DNA of 64,000 nucleotides from Candidatus Thorarchaeota archaeon (GTDB lineage Archaea > Asgardarchaeota > Thorarchaeia > Thorarchaeales > Thorarchaeaceae): NCBI GenBank assembly GCA_048884965.1, contig JBHLQH010000001.1, positions 64,001 through 128,000 of the forward strand, read 5' to 3'. A program made the position numbers and the translations under genes. Within the stretch, counting starts at the first letter, position 1. Each line of letters begins with the position of its first letter. Below, piece by piece: positions 61,501 to 64,000 of this stretch. The notes below the pieces were generated by a model. The model did not search any database. It worked only from the letters and a program-made list of their open reading frames with translations, and was not told the origin of the DNA.

Positions 61501-63357
61501 TTGGTCGTATATGATATATCGGGTCACGAAACTTGGCATCCATTTTACATAACTGTAATCGACACAACAGATCCATCCATCGTAATTCCTGAAACCAATC
61601 AGACCTTTGAGCTAGGTCCTCATGGAAGTGTACTAACATGGACGATTTATGATTTGGCTCAAGGTACGTATGAGGCATACTTCAATGGGTCGCTTGACAT
61701 GACAGATGACTGGGTAAGCAATACAGGGACCGAACTGAATGTCGATGGCTATATGCCCGGAGTCTACAATGTAACAGTTGTTCTCTATGACACATCCTGG
61801 AATAGTGTAAAGCATTCAATCAACATGACCGTCATTGACACAACTGCTCCAAGCATTTCCGTGTTCCCCTCTGATGATACAATTGAGGCGGGCACGATGG
61901 GGAATGTGTTGAACTGGACTGTCGTGGAACTTGACCCTGCGTACTACAATGTTACGATAAATTCTGAATTCAGTGAGGAGATAGAATACAACAATGGAAC
62001 TGTGATCCTTGATATTGATGGAATGATACTTGGTTTCTACAATATCACTGTAGAGTTCTTTGACAACAGTGGGAACCTGGTGAATGACTCTGTATACATC
62101 ACGGTTACAGATACAATAGCACCAATGATATCAGCTGAAACTGATATCGTACTTGAGTTCGGTTCAGTTGGAAATGTTGCGAATTGGACATCTACGGATG
62201 TTCTTCCATTTAATTACACAGCATACATTGATGCGACTAACTGGACATCAGGCTTTTGGAGTAATGGGTCTGTAGTTAGTATCGATATTGATGGACTTTC
62301 AGTTGGTAATCACACCTTGCGAATCTACTTTGCTGATACAACGAGCAATACAGACTACGCTGAAATCGTGATTTCAGTTAGAGATAGGACTAATCCTACT
62401 TGGGATCAGCCTCCTGAGGATCAGGTCTTTGAGTATGGAACTAGTTTCTACTATGACATCAACGCAACTGACTTGTCTGTTATTTCCTACTCCATTAACA
62501 ATAGCATCTACTTTGAAATTGATACTGCTAGTGGCGTGATTGCAAACATCACCAATCTTTTGGTCGGTAACTATGGACTACAGATCAATGCTACAGATGC
62601 GTTAGGAAATGTGCTTACGATATCAATCACAATCACTGTTGAGGATACAACAGATCCCCTGTGGATTCAAACTCCTGAACAACAGATCTTGGAACTGGGA
62701 TTGCCCTTCTTCTACGATGTGAATGCATCCGATTTATCCACTCTCTCCTACACAATAGATGACACTACTCACTTCCATATTGATTCATTAAATGGAGAAA
62801 TCACGAATGCTACATTCCTAGATGTGGGTGTATATGAATTACAAGTCACTGCCACTGATAGTGAAGGGAACGTGTTGTCAACAACATTTGTGATTACCGT
62901 TGATGATACTATCTCTCCAGTGATTGACACATCTCCAAATGATATGGAATATACTGAAGGAACGACTGGACACACAGTCATATGGATCGTCACAGACCTA
63001 GATTCAGGTAACTATTCGTTATACATTGATGATGAATACATTTCAACAGAATCTTGGACCTCTCTAGTTCCCATTATCATAGTAGTAGAGGGATTGTCTG
63101 AAGGAGAACACACCATTGAACTTCGCTTCTTTGATAATAGTGGGAATATGATAACAAGCAGTATTACCATCACAGTCACTCCTTCGTTATCAACAAGTAT
63201 AACCAATACTCCTTCAACTCCCATCACGGATACTGCAACTACTCCCATAACTCCCCCTGAAGGCGCACCTATGCTTCTTGTAGTCGTTGGTGTCGGTGTT
63301 TCTGGAATTGTACTGGTTGCTTTGGGTATAGGAGCAATCAAGAAAAGAGCAACGTAA
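58513..63357 (+). CDS. 1614-aa surface protein: NosD/right-handed beta-helix region, Ig/HYR/cadherin-like repeats, Thr/Pro linker and C-terminal TM
   Basis: Signal peptide; HAPITIT..GTG..DP; many GIYL..S.NN.I..N.I units; DTTxP repeats; terminal TM followed by KKRAT. Confidence 0.88.
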   Translation: MGTSSMLRKLLTVLLLFTLVLSMFNNLSYPIGDVDSPMSTDKTAINALERGTYDTANAYPEPMDISGNTYSDHAPITITSNSEFLSQKTTESWNGTGVEGDPIEITGYNFTSTSGNLISISNTDLHFTILGNFFRVPTENHNGIYLSNVTNGNITDNYFDKADFGIYLDDANFTTITGNHFTSFAGAYVTSGRNNSISRNYFNTTDTSVMLYSSSTYNNTIYNNTLLGSTYGIYLYGALENVVTLNNITQTSLCGIYLVQTTAAYNVISDNIIHDLVGSGITGIFVSSYAHNNTINLNNISNVTLSVRLSYSDNNTISKNQITNTTQAISVESSQWNEVYLNNISDVSDGFDGAFSLYVYKGGNNTLHHNNISDTDNAVFIYQSGQNDFHQNNIYEVRAFGFNMMTGVLNTISDNEISNGTTAFYLQSSSTSNMFSRNILQFQNQGIQLQTTSHYNSFYENTILNATNYGITSTTSSYLTIYNNTITNSGLRGVNIGPSSYHVIAFNELTNNGQYGIYLDTGLGSQIYNNTVRYHTTTGAYLISTNQHNVSYNTFANSTIGLALVLSSPGYTIGNIFANNSDTGLLLSASNGIPVSDNLFYHNGVYGIRLSNSYGTPIENNTIHSGIQHGIAIETGSDLTFIKNNDILHNGMYGIWVRFGPNTIRLNNISGNGVGVYIDTATSNSIESNFIDSNTDGVRLVDSDDNTILLNMIYNNSQYGIYSESGFPQESTGNHIYNNTVISNGGYGVWLYATARTTEVKWNDFINNTVNAADSNPSSYLNVWDENFYDDWDHVLSYYVIGVTTNDYNPADLPLNPSRVHFMLAPSITSPVTGSDYTGDLTILWNAAYDSDEHAVSYALLYSNDSGSTWNPIVSGLTNTSFYWNATSLAEGTEYQVRLIASDTTNTTLTSDTGAFSIDTQAPRLGVVPSNFTVELSWDPIPVLNFSAYDSNPDWAHVQWLGYEVSEPVYWSNGTLEYLNFPEASVIYGVGVHVLYLVVYDISGHETWHPFYITVIDTTDPSIVIPETNQTFELGPHGSVLTWTIYDLAQGTYEAYFNGSLDMTDDWVSNTGTELNVDGYMPGVYNVTVVLYDTSWNSVKHSINMTVIDTTAPSISVFPSDDTIEAGTMGNVLNWTVVELDPAYYNVTINSEFSEEIEYNNGTVILDIDGMILGFYNITVEFFDNSGNLVNDSVYITVTDTIAPMISAETDIVLEFGSVGNVANWTSTDVLPFNYTAYIDATNWTSGFWSNGSVVSIDIDGLSVGNHTLRIYFADTTSNTDYAEIVISVRDRTNPTWDQPPEDQVFEYGTSFYYDINATDLSVISYSINNSIYFEIDTASGVIANITNLLVGNYGLQINATDALGNVLTISITITVEDTTDPLWIQTPEQQILELGLPFFYDVNASDLSTLSYTIDDTTHFHIDSLNGEITNATFLDVGVYELQVTATDSEGNVLSTTFVITVDDTISPVIDTSPNDMEYTEGTTGHTVIWIVTDLDSGNYSLYIDDEYISTESWTSLVPIIIVVEGLSEGEHTIELRFFDNSGNMITSSITITVTPSLSTSITNTPSTPITDTATTPITPPEGAPMLLVVVGVGVSGIVLVALGIGAIKKRAT

Positions 63358-63379
63358 CTTCTATCGAACTAGCCTTGCA

Positions 63380-63416
63380 AAGACTTTAGAGGATAGAAAA
63401 CTATCCCTGAAGTCTT
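63380..63416 (+). terminator. Long hairpin between the surface protein gene and preA
   Basis: AAGACTTTAG-A-GGATAG-AAAA-CTATCC-CTGAAGTCTT. Confidence 0.5.
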
Positions 63417-63431
63417 GGAGGTTAGGAACAT

Positions 63432-64000
63432 ATGTCCAAGAGTCGACTGGAGATTGAGTTTGCAGGAATTCATTTCAAGAACCCATTCATGTTATCTTCA
63501 GCACCACCTTCTATGAATCCTAGACTTGTTACTCGTGCAGCTCGTTTGGGATGGGGTGGCGCAGTGTTGAAGACAGTAACAGAAACACCTACAGTGGATC
63601 CTAGAACACGTCTAGGTGCACTCAGGAAAGATAACCAATTAATTGGTATGAACAATATTGAGTTACTTTCTCGAGAAACAGTTGATACATGGATCAACTC
63701 CTATATTCCGAAGATGCGTGAAGAGTCTCCTGAAGACTTTGTGCTTATTGCGAGTATTATGAGTGGCACAGAACCTGAAGGATGGACCACGCTGGCAGAG
63801 AAATTCTCGGTTCCTGGAGTTAGTGCTCTAGAACTGAATGTATCTTGTCCACATGGAGCCCCAGGCAAACATATGGGCGCTTTCATTGGGCAGAATGCTG
63901 GTCTTGTCGAGGAGGTCACCAGAGCCGCAAAGAAAGGTACTGATTTGCCAATTCTAGTCAAGCTAACCCCCAATGTCACAGATGTTGTTCCAATCGCCCG
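63432..64000 (+). CDS. preA: Dihydropyrimidine dehydrogenase subunit PreA (partial; runs off the window)
   Basis: Not in the ORF track. My translation reads MSKSRLEIEFAGIHFKNPFMLSSAPPS...GWGGAVLKT...GMNNIELLS...LIASIM...LELNVSCPHG...MGAFIGQ...VKLTPNVTD. Confidence 0.92.
   Translation, partial: MSKSRLEIEFAGIHFKNPFMLSSAPPSMNPRLVTRAARLGWGGAVLKTVTETPTVDPRTRLGALRKDNQLIGMNNIELLSRETVDTWINSYIPKMREESPEDFVLIASIMSGTEPEGWTTLAEKFSVPGVSALELNVSCPHGAPGKHMGAFIGQNAGLVEEVTRAAKKGTDLPILVKLTPNVTDVVPIA

Noticed and set aside
63470-63979. Minus-strand ORFs of 75 and 92 aa
   Set aside because: They are antisense to the clear preA reading frame starting at 63432.
1-64000. Selenocysteine/pyrrolysine read-through or SECIS elements, known from some Asgard archaea
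   Set aside because: I saw no gene whose family motif is interrupted by an in-frame TGA or TAG. The break at 28676 involves a frame change, and the hairpins are short and terminator-like. This was not an exhaustive scan.

Overview
This is a gene-dense archaeal chromosome segment with no rRNA, tRNA, CRISPR array or transposase that I can see. The gene content points to an Asgard archaeon, probably Thorarchaeia (inferred, not searched): longin-like domains, PCI-like/zinc-ribbon membrane proteins, giant sequon-rich single-pass surface proteins and double-HTH Lrp regulators. Main contents: (1) a 4603-aa single-pass surface protein with a cytosolic tail, next to an SCP2 protein; (2) a glutamine synthetase-like gene with an Lrp regulator, a kinase-M23-aminotransferase fusion, an MFS transporter and an M32 carboxypeptidase; (3) a frameshifted surface-protein gene; (4) a secreted caspase-family protease; (5) a thiolase-fold protein lacking the nucleophilic Cys, paired with a DUF35 protein; (6) a radical SAM protein, a histidine kinase and a TPR-longin protein; (7) a reductive pyrimidine catabolism cluster split by a beta-helix surface protein gene. 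The most striking unexplained element is a two-gene operon at 40154-45273. One gene encodes a 1460-aa protein built from ~115-aa beta-rich repeats (repeating-beta-groove-like) ending in a long helical hairpin with a Trp-rich, hydrophobic tip. The other encodes a 240-aa highly charged protein that aligns without gaps to both arms of that hairpin.
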